64,000 nucleotides of DNA from Glaucostegus cemiculus. Lineage: Eukaryota. Below the pieces are notes generated by a model. The model was not told where the DNA came from. It was given only the letters and a program-made list of their open reading frames with translations, and did no database searches. The position numbers were made by a program, and so were the translations under genes. Of the stretch, positions 49,446 to 62,120 are shown piece after piece (within the stretch, counting starts at the first letter, position 1; each line of letters begins with the position of its first letter). Location: contig CDPCPM010000354.1 of NCBI GenBank assembly GCA_976551045.1, forward strand, positions 6,572,001 to 6,636,000. The letters are read 5' to 3'.

Positions 49446-49969
49446 ATATCCCCTGACCCCAGGGATAGATAGCTGAACATTCCAGCTTTTCCTTTTTTAT
49501 TTATTTCAGATTTTTGTTTTATTTTGGATATCTTGGATTTCTCTTGTAACCTGCAATACAAGAAGCTCTCAGGTAAAACAGGAACACGTGTGACTACACG
49601 TTGCCCTTTCATGATACTGTAACATTTGGAAAACACACAAACTTGCCAAATTATGGCTAAAAGTGGAAGTAAAACTTTTCCAAGTACTGTAACTGTGGTA
49701 TTTTTGCCCATTCCTATTCAATAGTCAATTTGTTATCACCATAACAGATTCTCTTGATATCTCATACATTTCCTTCAGAAGCTTCCCTTTGTTAGACTCT
49801 TGATGGTGATGATCTTTGCGGACACAGAAAATTGAGTCACCAGAAGCCTTTGAAATTTGAAAAGGTTATCTCAACAAATTAAATTGAATCTTCCAAGTGA
49901 GAAATAAAGCACAGAAGATGGGAATAGCTTCAAGGTCCAACACCAGAGCCCCATATGCTCACAGCAAAG

Positions 49970-50392
49970 GGTGTCAGCTGTGTCTCAGTCGGTAACACTC
50001 TGAAGATTGTGGGTTGGACTCCCTCTCCAGAAGTAGGAGCACAAAATATTCCAGGCTGACGTGCCAGTGCATTCCTGAGAGGGAGCGACACACATTTCTG
50101 AATCAGTGAAGCTGCTAAATGGAGTAACTGTCTGCCCTCACAAATCGTAAATGAGTGCATGGCATTACGTTGAAGAGGAGTAGAAGTGTTAGCCCCATGT
50201 CCTTGTCAATGTTCATTTTCCACCACAGCTTCACGATCACACTTCCACTTGTGGAAGTTTGCTGTGTGTAAACTGCGTGCTGCTTTCCATGGATTACGAT
50301 TGTGCCTTCAGAAAGTATTCCATTGGCTGTGAGAAGCTTTTGGGTGGCCAGAGGTTGGAAATGACTGTGAATTTGCAAACCTTTCCTTTTTA
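49970..50392 (+). mobile_element. SacSINE1/DeuSINE-like SINE, near full length
   Basis: tRNA-like head gctgtgtctcagtcggtaacactct..ttgtgggttggactccctctccaga, then caggctgacgtgccagtgc..., gtctgccctc..catggcattacgttgaagaggag, and 3' ttccattggctgtgagaagctttgg. Confidence 0.78.
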
Positions 50393-51954
50393 TTTAAAGA
50401 ATAGAATCTGTGAAGCAATTAATGACACTTAAAGGTTTAGTTATCTACTGTGATAAGTTATGTCCTGGGTCAGAATTTATTACCAGCTATGTAAATAATG
50501 AATGTGATTACTGTTGGGGTCAAAATTACAAACTTGAACTCAATTTAAACTTTCAAGACAACCTAAATGTGAAGACTCTATTGCATGGTATATTTCCCTG
50601 CTTGTAGATGATGTAATTATCGCTATACCCTCAACCATCTGACAAATAATTAATTTTAACTCTGTAGCTGCCCCTGTCATTGTTAAATTGGGGTCAGTAT
50701 TTTCCCAAAGGGTTTGATGTTTACTTCTAAAAATAATGAGGTTTCTACTGCATTTGATTTATCTGCCTTAGCACAAAAATAATGATGATTTGAAAGTTCT
50801 CAGTAAATGCTAAAACTAATTTTAATTTTGTTCAGCGACCATCCTCTCAACGACAGTAAGATCCAGTCAGTACCTTGAAGGGCATCAAAAGGTGAAACTA
50901 AAGTATCTTGCATAAATCAGAGATTAAGAGCAAGATGTCTTTCTGACTTAAGAAGTGGTCAAACATGTACAATGCTTATTTTCTTTCCCCTGAAAATTGT
51001 TTGATGACAGAAAGAAAAGGGGTTATGATATTCATTAGCAAAGGCAGACCCAGCATACTTCAGATGCAAAGTCAGTAAGTGAATCATGCAATATTCATGA
51101 GTGGAACATGAATACACATTAGCTTGGCTGTTCAGAGATAACAGAGTAAAGTTTTTTTTCCCTTTCTTTGTTTGAGTGTGTTCTCGGGCCAGTATTGATT
51201 AGACTAAAGTACTTCAAAACCAGACTATTCTACCTATTCTGAGAGTTTTAACAATCTAATTACATATTTAACTTTTACAAGGAGGTTCCACATGTCAGGG
51301 TGTGAAACCTGCCTCATCTAAAAGTAGGGCATTTATTGCCAAATACCATGTCAGCCAATCAGTTAGTGAGGTGCGGTTCCAGACTCACAAAAAATTCTAT
51401 ATAGGTCAGCAAACAGGTTCATTCAGAAACAGAGTCTAAAGCTCAGAGCAAATGGAAACTCTGGCAACCTCCACCAGTTAAAGCAGGATTATTTCACCAG
51501 TAAACATGCCTGTAACAAGTTGAAGATAGTTCCATATAAATAATGCTGATAAAGTCAATTCAAGCCACTTAAGACAATCACTAAGCCTGATTGGGTAATT
51601 TCTCTGTCAATCATTTCATTTCTGGCTATGCATATTACGATCATTACATGTAGCCTAAAACTGAAGATTATGAGAAGTTTTGTAATCTTAGGAGAGTCCG
51701 CGGTGGATGATCCAGGACTTTCAAAGTTCCAGCTGTTTATGAGTTCACAACCTTTGTTACCAAATGCAAATACATTTTGCTCAGACTGTAACATTCACAC
51801 ATCAGAGCAACCTCATTGGTAGAAAACATCTCCAGGTTGGGCAGAAGCATTCTCTCGCAAATTAGCCATAGATACAAATAATGGATGCATATAAAGTAAA
51901 ATACACACAAATATTTTAGATAACAAAAATGTTATGAAAATCAAAAATATCAAC

Positions 51955-52272
51955 AAAGTCCAAGTCAAAGTTGAGTTTGTTATCATATGCACAATTAAGT
52001 GTATGTACAGGTGCAATGAAAAACTTACCTGCAGCAGCATCACAGGCACAGAGCATCAGATAAGCAGCATTCACAAGAAAGACATAAATTAAACATAAAG
52101 TATGCACAATTAGAACAAAAAAACTCAAAGTCCACGTTAATACAAACTGATCGAAGTGGTCATAATGTTGCTAAACAGTAATAATTCAGGTTGTGCAGGT
52201 GGGTTCAAGAACAGAGTGGTTGAAGGTAAGTAACTGTTCCTGAACCTGGTGGAGTAGGACTTCAAAAATACT
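51955..52272 (-). mobile_element. Rex1-type LINE 3' end, (TTTGAC)n lineage
   Basis: aagtccaagtcaaagttgagtttgttatcatatgcac...gttgaaggtaagtaactgttcctgaacctggtgg (reverse encodes an RFRNSYLPST-like ORF end). Confidence 0.8.
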
Positions 52273-52479
52273 TCAGGCTCTGGAAATCTGCAACTAAAAC
52301 AGAAAATGCAGAAACAATCGTTAGGTCAGTGACCATCGATGGAAAGGGAAACAGAGTTAACACATTAACATTTAACAGAGTTAATTTTTTCTCTTTTGTT
52401 TTAGATTTCCAGAAGCTGCCGTTTTTAGATTTTAGATAAAGTATACCCCTGGCATTTATAAGAAGCCAGAATATCAATT

Positions 52480-53328
52480 GCAGAGGATTAGATGACACAA
52501 AAATTGGTACAGCTGTAGAGAATGAAGAAGCTTGTCTAAGGATACAACGGGACATAGATCAGCTAGAAAGTTGGGCGGAGTGTGGCAGGTGGATTTTAAT
52601 CCAGACAAGTGTGAAGTAATGCAATTTGGGAAGTTAAATTCTGGTAGGATGAGTAAATGGCAGAGACCTTCAGAGTATTGATTTGAAGAGAGACTTTCAG
52701 GGTGCAAGTCTATAGCTCACTGAAAGTGCTGGCACAGGTGGATAGGGTAGTGAAAGAGGCTTTTGGAATGCTTACTTTCATAGCCTGAGGCATTGAGTAT
52801 AAGACTTGGAACATCCTGTTGCAGTTGTACAAAACATTGGTTAGACTACACTTGGTGTATTGTGCATGGTTCTGGTCACCACACTACAGGAACAATGTGG
52901 TAGCAATGGAGAGAGTGCAGAAGAGATTCACCAGGATGTTGCCTGAAATAAGAGGGCTATTATTATAAGGAGAGACTGGGTTTATTCCCAGTGGAATGTA
53001 GGAGGCTGATGCATGACCTTATTGAGGTATGTAAAATTATCCGGGGCATTAGTAGGATATATAGTCAGCATATTTTTCCCAGGGCAGGGGAATCTACAAC
53101 TAGAGGGCACATTAAGGTGAAGGGGAGAAACTTAAAGGATATGTGAAAGATAAAATTTTCAGACAGAGGATGGTGGTTACCTGGAACAAACTGCCCGAGG
53201 AGGTGGTGGAGGCTGATACAATTACAAAGTTTAAAAAGCACTTGGACAGGTAATTGGAAAGGAAAGCAGTGGGTAGGGATGAGCTTAATGCAGGCAAATG
53301 GGATTAGACGAATGCACTCTGGAATCAT
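52480..53328 (+). mobile_element. CR1 ORF2 3' part (degenerate)
   Basis: gatgacacaaaaattggt (DDTKIG)...tttaatccagacaagtgtgaagtaatgca (FNPDKCEVM)...gagagagtgcagaagagattcaccaggatgttgcct (ERVQKRFTRMLP). Confidence 0.9.
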
Positions 53329-53336
53329 GTGGGCAT

Positions 53337-53697
53337 GAGGCAGCACAGTGGTGGAACGAGTGAGCTGCTGCCTCACAGCTCCAGAAATCTGGGTTCAATC
53401 CAGACCTCCAGTGCTGTCTGCGTGGAGTTTTGCATGTCTTCCCATGACTGTGTGGATTTCCCCTGGGTGCTTCGGTTTCTTCCCACATCCCAAGAATATG
53501 CAGGTTGTCAGGTTAGTTGGCCACTGTAAATTCCCCCTAGTGTGTAGAAGTGCCTGTAGAATTGAGGATAGTTGATAGGATTGTGGGGAGAGTAAAATGG
53601 GATTAGTGCAGGATTAACGTAGATGGGTGCTCAATGGTCAGCATAGCCTCAGTGGACCAAAGGGCCTGTTTCTCTACTGTATGACTCAATGACTCTA
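53337..53697 (+). mobile_element. HE1-like V-SINE, full length
   Basis: ggcagcacagtggtgg..gctgctgcctcacagctccaga..GGTTCAATCC, V-domain, tail gggcctgtttctctactgtatgactcaatgactct. Confidence 0.88.
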
Positions 53698-54676
53698 ATA
53701 CCCCCAGGCAAAATCAGTAGGTGCACATTTGACATGGAAAGTGATGAACCCATGGAAACGCTATTCACACCACAGGGTGCCTGCTGGAAGCTTGGGGTGG
53801 GACATTTTGATTCTGTGACCACATGGCACTACAGGAAAAAAATCAATTTTCAAACACACTATACAATCAGATTGTCATTCTGTTTACACCACACAATGCA
53901 TGACAAACAGGTGTCTCTCAGTGAAGATGGCACAGAGCAAGTATTTAAATCTTATTGTTGACAATATACTGAAAATTCCTGCCAACACGAAGCTATTACC
54001 TACATCGGGTGATGTGCTGAGAAGTGCCTTGAGAATATTTTATTATAAGCTGAAAAGTCATTGTTAGTTTAGATCATTGTTCAGGACATACTTGGAAGAT
54101 TGTGTTCATTGGATTTGAGCCCAGCAGTAGGATAAATTCATCTGTTTAATTCATCAGCATTAAAGTGGCATTAATTTCAACAAAGTACCCAGAACATCTG
54201 GTTTCGCATAATCTACTTGCTAAAATTGCCAAGACTTCAAATATCTCCCCTATGTCACTTTAAAGGCTGTCCAACTGCAATAAAATCTACATTCTATTAA
54301 ATTTGTTCTGGATGCTGCCCTTCCTTTCTTGGATGTCACCATTCTGTCATCTCTTTCTCAATTTCTCCTTGGAGTTCTGTGTTAAGTAGCCATGCATTCC
54401 AGCCTAATCCTGAAATTCAGTTCCACCAGCTTCACTGGCCCAAAGTTTTGGAAGCAGAGTACAACTTCCTGCTGTTGTTAAATTGTGCACTTAGCTCAAC
54501 TGCCCAAGTGTGAATTTCTATCTTGATAAATACAAATATCAACTCATGTCACCACAAGCAGATCTTCCTGAGGGCAGGAGGCTGGAGATCCCTGCTCTAC
54601 AACTTCAGCAACACAAATACACCTGAAGGAAATTTGCTTTATCATCTCTTTGTGAACAAACCATATTTAAAAAATA

Positions 54677-55397
54677 TGGAAAACTCCATTAATCCGGCAC
54701 AATTGGGACATTGGAAATGGTGGACTGCCAAAATTTCCAGTCTATTGCATGTTATTTCTATTTAATACTCCAAAACTGTCATGATTCTGAGTACTGGCCC
54801 TTGATTTGGCTCCTTAGATGCCTCATTGTACAGCACATGGATTCTATGCTGGACTGATTGCACAATGACACACACCTGAGCCCCATCAGGGGCCTAGCAG
54901 AAGTACCTGGGTTTCTCTAGCACTAGTTGCTAGAGTACAGGTTAATTTTTGGCTCCTAGCTGCTTAGAGTGGGCAACTCTAGAGCAGTCCTATGTTCTCT
55001 ATTCCTGCTTGAAGATTCAGTCTGTGTTGGGATTACTACTCAGATCTCTGAGGCAAGATTCCTTCCTGTTGCTGCCTGTGTTTGGTCCTGAGGAAGTATC
55101 CTGATTCCAGTCTTGTACTAGTGTGTTGCATTTGAGTTCTCTGTGAGCTTGCTCTCCAATCAACATTGTGACAAAAACATTTTAATTTCATTTTTTTAAA
55201 GAAATTACACATCTTATGGTGAACCAGTTAAGTTTAAAGGGAGCACAAGAACTGGGGCTGCAGTGGGTGGAAAGGGAGTGTGGGAACTGAGGCCCTGGTG
55301 AGTCAGAACAGAATGCAGCAAACACCACTTAGTGAGTCAGATACTGAACCATTGGGCTTTCCAAATAGTTGGTTAGTGAATAACTGGAATTTTACCA
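54677..55397. mobile_element. Possible old Tc1/mariner (Tigger/pogo-like) non-autonomous element
   Basis: TA flanks (54675-76, 55398-99) and imperfect terminal inverted repeats: TGGAAAACTCCATTAATCC versus reverse-complemented right end TGGTAAAATTCCAGTTATTC. Confidence 0.35.
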
Positions 55398-55469
55398 TAC
55401 AAGCAAAAGTCAGAAGGTTAGATCACACCATAGATGTCACTACTTCATTAATTCATCATGGTTATTTGT

Positions 55470-55660
55470 AATAAAAACATAAAATTGTTGGAAATACTCA
55501 GCAAGTCAGGCACCATCTATGGAGAGAGAAACAGAATTAACACTTAAGGTCAATGACTATTCATCAGTGACCTGAAACGTCAACTCTATTTTTCTTTTCT
55601 TTGCTATTTGACCTGCTGAAGATTTCCAGAACTTTCTGTTTTTATTCCAGCATCTGCAAT
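55470..55660. mobile_element. Older fold-back Penelope-terminus element
   Basis: ttggaaatactcagcaagtcagg...aggtca...ttcatcag | tgacctGAAACGTCaactct...tgacctgctgaagatttccag; same architecture as 37862-38081. Confidence 0.7.
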
Positions 55661-55847
55661 GTTTTACCTTTCACTTTTAATTCAGTGTTTATTTTCAATA
55701 CTTTTCTACTGGCTATATTTTACCTAGAGAAGAATGTTATCTCATGAAAGAATCTCCAGGCAGAGATTAAATTATTGTGAATAAACACTGACTGTGGGAC
55801 AAATTTGATGCACGGAGGAATTTCTTAATCAAGAAATGGTGTAATCA

Positions 55848-56232
55848 ATTGCTTTTCTCTTTGGAGAGAAGGAGGATGAGGGGTGAATTGATAGAGGTGT
55901 ATAAGATGATAAGAGGCATAGATTGAGTGGACAGTCGGAGATGATGATTAACATGAGGGGATATGATTTTAAGGTGATTGGAGGAAGATATAAGGGAGAT
56001 GTCAGGGGTGAGTTTTTTTACACAGAGTGGTGGGTGCATGGAGTGCACTGCCTACAGAGGTGTGTGGGTAGATACACTGGGGACATTTAAGAGACTCTTA
56101 GATAGACATATGAATGATAGAAAAATGGGGGACTATGTGGGAGGGAAGGGTTAGATAGATCTTAGAACAGGATAAAATGCTGGCACAACATTGTGGGCCA
56201 AAGGGCCTGTACTGTGCTGTAATGTTCTGTGT
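55848..56232 (+). mobile_element. CR1 LINE 3' end
   Basis: ttctctttggagagaaggaggatgaggggtgaattgatagaggtgtataagatgata (FSLERRRMRGELIEVYKMI); tail gggccaaagggcctgtactgtgctgtaatgttct. Confidence 0.9.
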
Positions 56233-57049
56233 TAACTTATTAAATCTGGGGTTGATGGATTGAGAGAGCCTCCCCTCTCCCAGAAGGTTTGATACCTCCA
56301 TGAACTGGAAAACAATGTATGTATAACAGATGGAAATGGTTAGCCATACAAAAAATGTTCGCGTGGGTTGGTATTGTTAAACAGGACATCTGCAGAAAGG
56401 TTCTTAGATAGATATATGAACCATAGGCGTCAGATGCTCTGCAAGACAGAAATGAAATTTCTTGTTCAGCTTTATACAGCTCCTGAATATTTTCCCAAGT
56501 ATGGTGAACAGGTTTCTTCATTCCTTTTCATCATTTGTTGATTATGGGATCTTGCTGTGCAACCTCCTGCTCTTTAAAAGCATTTTGTTGGCTGCTCTCA
56601 CCTTGGGAAGCTTAAGTGACATAAATTCCACTTCATTTCCAATTTCTCTTCTAGTCAAACTTTTTCTCCATTTTAAAATTCCCACTGCGCTGAAAGAGTT
56701 TCACACGTTGGTCTAATTTGATATTCTTATGTTCCCAGTGCCCTCAAGCACATCATTGTTCAGAATCACCTCTGTTTGTGTGGTCAGTGACTAATGCCCC
56801 TTGACCCTATGTTAGGGAATGGGCTGTCAGTACCTTTGTAAGGCTTGATTTCCTCTCAGTTACACGCATAGCAACAACACAAGGTCTTCAGCCACCAGTT
56901 GGAGGTTTGTAGACAACCTGCATCACAGACCCATTGTAGTAGTCCAGCCAATCCCTGCTCATATGGAAGCACAGACATCTCATAACTTCCACACACTGGA
57001 GTTAAATAGATGGGTTTACCTCCACCCAACAAACAGTGGTACACCATTT

Positions 57050-57455
57050 GGACCTCGGTACTTGCTCTGCCACATTTCTTGAATATAGTCAGTGCTAATC
57101 TTTTCTCCTCATATCCGGTCTGAGTGACCATCTCCTTATAGTGAGCCCCAGACTCCTGCTTTCAGATACTCTGTTATGGTGAAACATCTGCTCCATGTTT
57201 ACCCTGGAGTTCCCAAGGAATTTTGTAGATTTCAATGGATTCACCTCTCATTTATTTAAGCTCTAGACAGTTTAGGCCCATTCTGCTTCATCTTTTCCCA
57301 AAGGGCGAAGATTTTCCATCTCAGGAATCAATGTAGTGAACTCTCATTTCACTCACTCCATTACATGTAAATCCTTCCCTTGGCAGACAGTCCAGATCCG
57401 CACACAATATTGCAGATACAGTTGCACCAGTGCCCATATAATTGAAGCAAGATGT
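57050..57455 (-). mobile_element. Old CR1 fragment
   Basis: ttttgtagatttcaatggattcacctc...caggaatcaatgtagtgaactctc...gcacacaatattgcagat are reversed CR1 ORF2 motifs. Confidence 0.6.
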
Positions 57456-59532
57456 CTCCACTCTTGGATGTGGTTAGGCAAGGGGCTTCTTCTGTGCTTA
57501 CTTTTCTGCAGTGGTCCTCCTTTGCTTGCAATGACCTTGAAGAAACTTGCCCATCAAGATCTAGCAGAGTCTGTGGCAAGGATATCCTCTTTCCCAATAT
57601 AAATCACAGTCAGGGATCACTTCCAGGGAATCATTGGCATTTAGCAACATTGATACCATTGTGAAGGGTAAGCAGCTAATCACACTGAAGAATTCTTACA
57701 GACAACAAACCAGGCAGCAAAAAGTACTTCATGTCTACAAACATTTAAAAGATTTTACAGAGGGTGAAATAATTACTGAGACATATTAAACTGACTGATA
57801 TATAAATATACCTCAACAAGTATGGAATTCCTAATTAATTATCTGCAGGACTGACAACCAATGTATGTAAAATTAGTTTTGGGTATGAGAAGTTGTTCAG
57901 CAATAATTTTGGTTTATCCTGCTGTTAAAGTTCAGTTATACCATAAGGAACATTTTCAATTCTTTCCATTGAGGACAGTCAATAAGTAGTTGAAGTTCAT
58001 TGTTTTCTACAGGTTACGCTGGAGAAGGCTCCAACAGCATCTTCTCTACTTCCCCATTTCTCCGGAGGTACCAGGCATCCTTACCATGGTTTCTCTATTA
58101 TAACAGTGTTACTCTCTGCAAACTATGGACCAACATGCTTCAGAGGCTATACCCTCAAACTTTATTTGATAACATTCCTGAGAAGCCCATTGAAACAAGG
58201 TTGTTACAATACCTGATTAGGTTTGTGCTCATGTTTACCACAAAGCTGAAGCTTGCACCTTCATTTATCTGAATGCTTCTGAATTTATTGTACAGTGTTG
58301 ACTTGTTGGCATATTCCAGAAATTCCCAACTTGCTCTTAAGCCTGTCCACCTCCTTCAGAAAGCAGATGAGCTCATGAGCCACAGTGGATAGGGAGGAGA
58401 GATTTAATTATCTGACATCTGCCCTGATCACACCGAAGCAGTAGGATTGAAGGAAATGAATGGCCTTGCCAAAAAATCCTTCTCATTGTAAAATGAGAGG
58501 CTTTGTTATGGTTCACTGAATGCATCATGTTTTTTAAACAAATATGAATGTGCTTTAAAAGGATGAAAATAGCCACATATCTGCATGGTTTCACTGTTTT
58601 GCCTGTCAGAACAAGCTCCTGAAATCCCCTTGGCAGTCACTTCAGGTGTGAGTTTCAGGTCACCTATGGAATTGTTTGCAGGGAATATTTAAGATGAAAG
58701 AGAGGTGAACACAACAAAGGCTTTTGATGTGAAAATGAAAGCTGCTCATATTCTGCTGCAGAATTGCAAACAATTGGGTCTGTTCTTTGTTCTTTCCTCT
58801 CTCTTTCGTCTGTGGATCACTGATGAATTGGAACTGAGGTCTCACCGTGAATAAATGTTAGACATAAGATCAGCTGTGCTCACACTGGAGGGAGCTACAC
58901 AGCAGGAAGTCTCCCTGGCTGGCCTGGGCTCCCTATCAATCTCTGGACTGGTGTCAGCTGCATTTCCTTCTTTACTTTGAGTGTTGCTGTAATGTCTGGG
59001 GACCTGGGTCCTCACATAAGGTCAGGGCAGCCTCTGGCCAGGAAGAGAGCAATCCAGATAGGGAAACGTGGACATGAAAAGTCACAAATTTCCATTCAGG
59101 CTGGGGAATTGGACACAAGGCTGTCCCTTTACAACTCCAAAAGGGGCTGGCAAAATTCAACAGATGCTAAAGAGGAAATCTAACATTTAAAGAAACAACA
59201 AAAAAATGCCAGCAATCCATGTTCGATTCTGACCTTGGGTGCCACCTGTGCAGACCTTGCATAATTTTGAAATGTTAACACAAAGGATGGACTGCAGGAG
59301 AGGAGAAAGGAGAAGAGAGAAAGTGAAGTCAGGCATTTTATGAGGGAAAAAAACAACAGTTGCTTTGAAAACTGTGATGGTGGAGAAAGTTGTGCAAACC
59401 CTTGCAAACCACAAAAAATATCTTATGCTTGTTACTTTAAAGTTAGAAGATTTTTTGCAGAAATGATAAATATTGGGTGAAGAATTTCTCTTCTGACAGA
59501 CAATAGTTTGGGGAATAATAGAAACAAGGTTT

Positions 59533-61232
59533 GGGAAACAAAGGACTGCAGATGCTGGGATCTAGATGAGAAGCATGGTGATGCGGGAGGAACTCAGCAG
59601 GCCAGGCAGCATCCGTGGAGAAAAGCAGGCGGTCAACGGTTCAGGTCAGGACCCTTCTTCAGGAATGAAGATGGGAAAAGGGGAAGCCCAATATATCAGG
59701 TGGAAAAGCAGAGCAGTGATAAGTGGACAAAAGAGGGGAGGTGGGGTGGGCACAGGGTGGTGATAGGTAGATGCAGGTAAGAGATAGTGATAGGCAGGTG
59801 TGGGGGAGGGGAGAGCAGATCCACCAGGGGATGGGTCAAAGGTAAGGAGGAAAAAATGGGGGTATAATAAAGAGAGACAGGCTAGGAAAGGGAAGGAAAG
59901 AAGAGGTGTGGTTGGGGGAGGGGTGTGGGGGGAATTGTGGGGATTACCTTAAGCGAGAGAATTCAGTGTCCATGCCGTTAGGCTGCAAGGTTCCAAGATG
60001 GAAAATGAGGAGCTGTTCCTCCAGTTTGCGCTTGGAATTCTGGCATTGGAGGAGTCCGAGGACTGAGAGTTCTGTGACAGTGTGGGAGGGGGAGTTGGTG
60101 ACTGGCAACAGGGAGATGCAGGTTCTGTGATGGAGTCGGAGGGACATCGCTGCCATTTCTAGCACCTCTGCTCTCACTCCCGGCTCTCCTAGACCCAACA
60201 GGGATAGGGTCCCCCTTATCCTCACGTCATCCCACCGGCCTACGGATCCAACACATCATTCTCCACCACTTCCGCCATCTCCAACAGGACCCCACTATCA
60301 AGCATGTCTTCCCCTCCCTTTCTGTCCTTTGCATGGACCGCTCTCTCTGCAACTCCCTAGTTCACACCTCACTGCCCCACCCCCCACACATCCTGCTCCC
60401 ACCCCGGGAACATTTCCACTGCCCCCGCCATAGGTGCAGCACCTTCCCCCTACACCACCTCCATCCAGGGACTCAAACAGTCCTTTCAGGTGAGACAGAG
60501 GTTCACCTGCACCTCCCTTAATATCATTTACTGCATTCAGTGCTCCAAGTGTGGCCTCCTCTACACTGGTGAGACCAAACGCAGACTAGGTGACCATTTG
60601 GCAGAACACCAGCACTCTGTCCGTAACCGTGACCTGCATCTCCCCGTTGCCAGTCACTTCAACTCCCCCTCACACACTATCACTGATACGTCAGTCCTCG
60701 GCCTCATCCGCTGCCGGGAGAATTCCAAGTGCAAACTGGAGGAACAGCACCTCATTTTCCATCTTGGGACCTTGCAGCCTAATGGCATGGACATTGAATT
60801 CTCCCACTTTAAGTAATCCCCACACCCTCCCTCCGCCCCCACATCCCTCCCCCAACCATGCCTCTTCTTTTCTTCCCTTTCCTTACCTCTCTTTTTTCTA
60901 CCCCCCCCTTTTCTCCTTACCTGTGACCCATCCCCCGGTGGATCTGCTCTCCCCTCCTCCCTCACACCCACCTATCACTATCTCTTACCTGCATCTACCT
61001 ATCACCTCCCTGTGCCCATTCCACCTCCCCTCTTTTGTCCACCTATCACTGCTCTGCTTTTCCCTCCTATATACCGGGCTTCCCCTTTTCCTATCTTCAG
61101 TCCTGAAGAAGGGCCCAGACCCGAACCATTGACCGCCTGGTTTTCTCCACGGATGCTGCCTGGCCTGCTGAGTTCCTCCAGCATCATCATGTTTCTCATC
61201 TGGATTCCAGTATCTGCAGTTGTTTGTTCCCC
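59533..61232 (+). mobile_element. Penelope-like element with inverted pseudo-LTR structure
   Basis: 59533-60136 is the reverse complement of about 60614-61232; the middle contains the linker and GIY-YIG coding remnant. Confidence 0.92.
60490..60816 (+). pseudogene. Penelope GIY-YIG endonuclease domain (open frame, 5'-truncated element)
   Basis: RQRFTCTSLNIIYCIQCSKCGLLYTGETKRRLGDHLAEH...PVASHFNSPSH...KLEEQHLIFHLGTLQPNGMDIEF: IIY..YxG motif, CxxC and terminal GxN-like motif of Penelope endonucleases. Confidence 0.9.
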
Positions 61233-61965
61233 TATAAATGAGAAGGAATGGTAAAATATCAGATGGTCTTTAAGTTCCACATGCAATAGTTGAGATGGTG
61301 AGAAAATAAATTGAGCAAAGAGATAATTGTTAACCATAAGCAGATTCTTTCCTGATGTGATAAAGGCGGGGATGCCAGTAACAGATTGAATCAGTTTGAT
61401 GAGTTAAATGAGTGAGAGAACCTTGGTTACTGTGACTGTAATAAGAAAAGGTTTACAACCAAGTAAAAGAAGGAATATATAAAAACTGGGGCAGTCGGTT
61501 TGGCCCAGAGCTTGTATAAGATTCGCTGTGGTGAGTTGGAAAAAGACATCAGGAGTCAGGTAGCGGGTCAATTAATGGATAATCTTAAAATGGAAATTGG
61601 AAGGTTATGGGAATCATCACATTTTTGTGTTAAATAAAAAGCGCATCTAAGCAGGGTTAACACAAAAAATTGCTAAGAACAACCAAATCCTCTACAGCTA
61701 GATTGTCGAGAGAGGATGTGATTTGGAACTCTTAGAATAGAGAATTATGATTCTTTAAATCCAATTATAATCGGTGCAATAATTGAAAAGTTCTTTAATT
61801 AGAAAAGTGATGGATGCTGAATAAAAGCCCAAAATGATATCAAGATAGACACACATTTCTATCGTACCTTTCAGGGGCTCTTGAAGTGCTGCACAGCAGG
61901 GGAAGCACTTTTTGAAGTTTAGAATTTGTAACTTTGGAAATGCAGCAACCAATTTGTGCACAGCA

Positions 61966-62120
61966 GTTACAGAGAAAGTGCAGTGCAGGCAGACAATAAG
62001 GTGCAAGGTCATAACAAGGTAGATTGTGAGGTCGAGAGTCCATCTCATCGTATAAGGGAACCATTCAACAGTCTTATCTCAGTGGGATAGAAGCTGTCCT
62101 TGAGCCTAGTGGTATGTGTT
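61966..62120 (-). mobile_element. Rex1/Babar 3'UTR fragment, adjacent to a DeuSINE-like piece (about 61880-61965)
   Basis: cagttacagagaaagtgcagtgcaggcagacaataaggtgcaagg...gggatagaagctgtccttgagcct, nearly identical to 36875-37025. Confidence 0.82.

Noticed and set aside
58012-58067. Micro-exon candidates (also near 7304, 50836, 63004 and 63334)
   Set aside because: Acceptor-like sites only, with weak donors or early stops and no recognisable peptide.
60590-61337. Pro-rich 180-aa and Gly/Arg-rich ORFs
   Set aside because: Artefacts of the low-complexity C/T-rich Penelope UTR.
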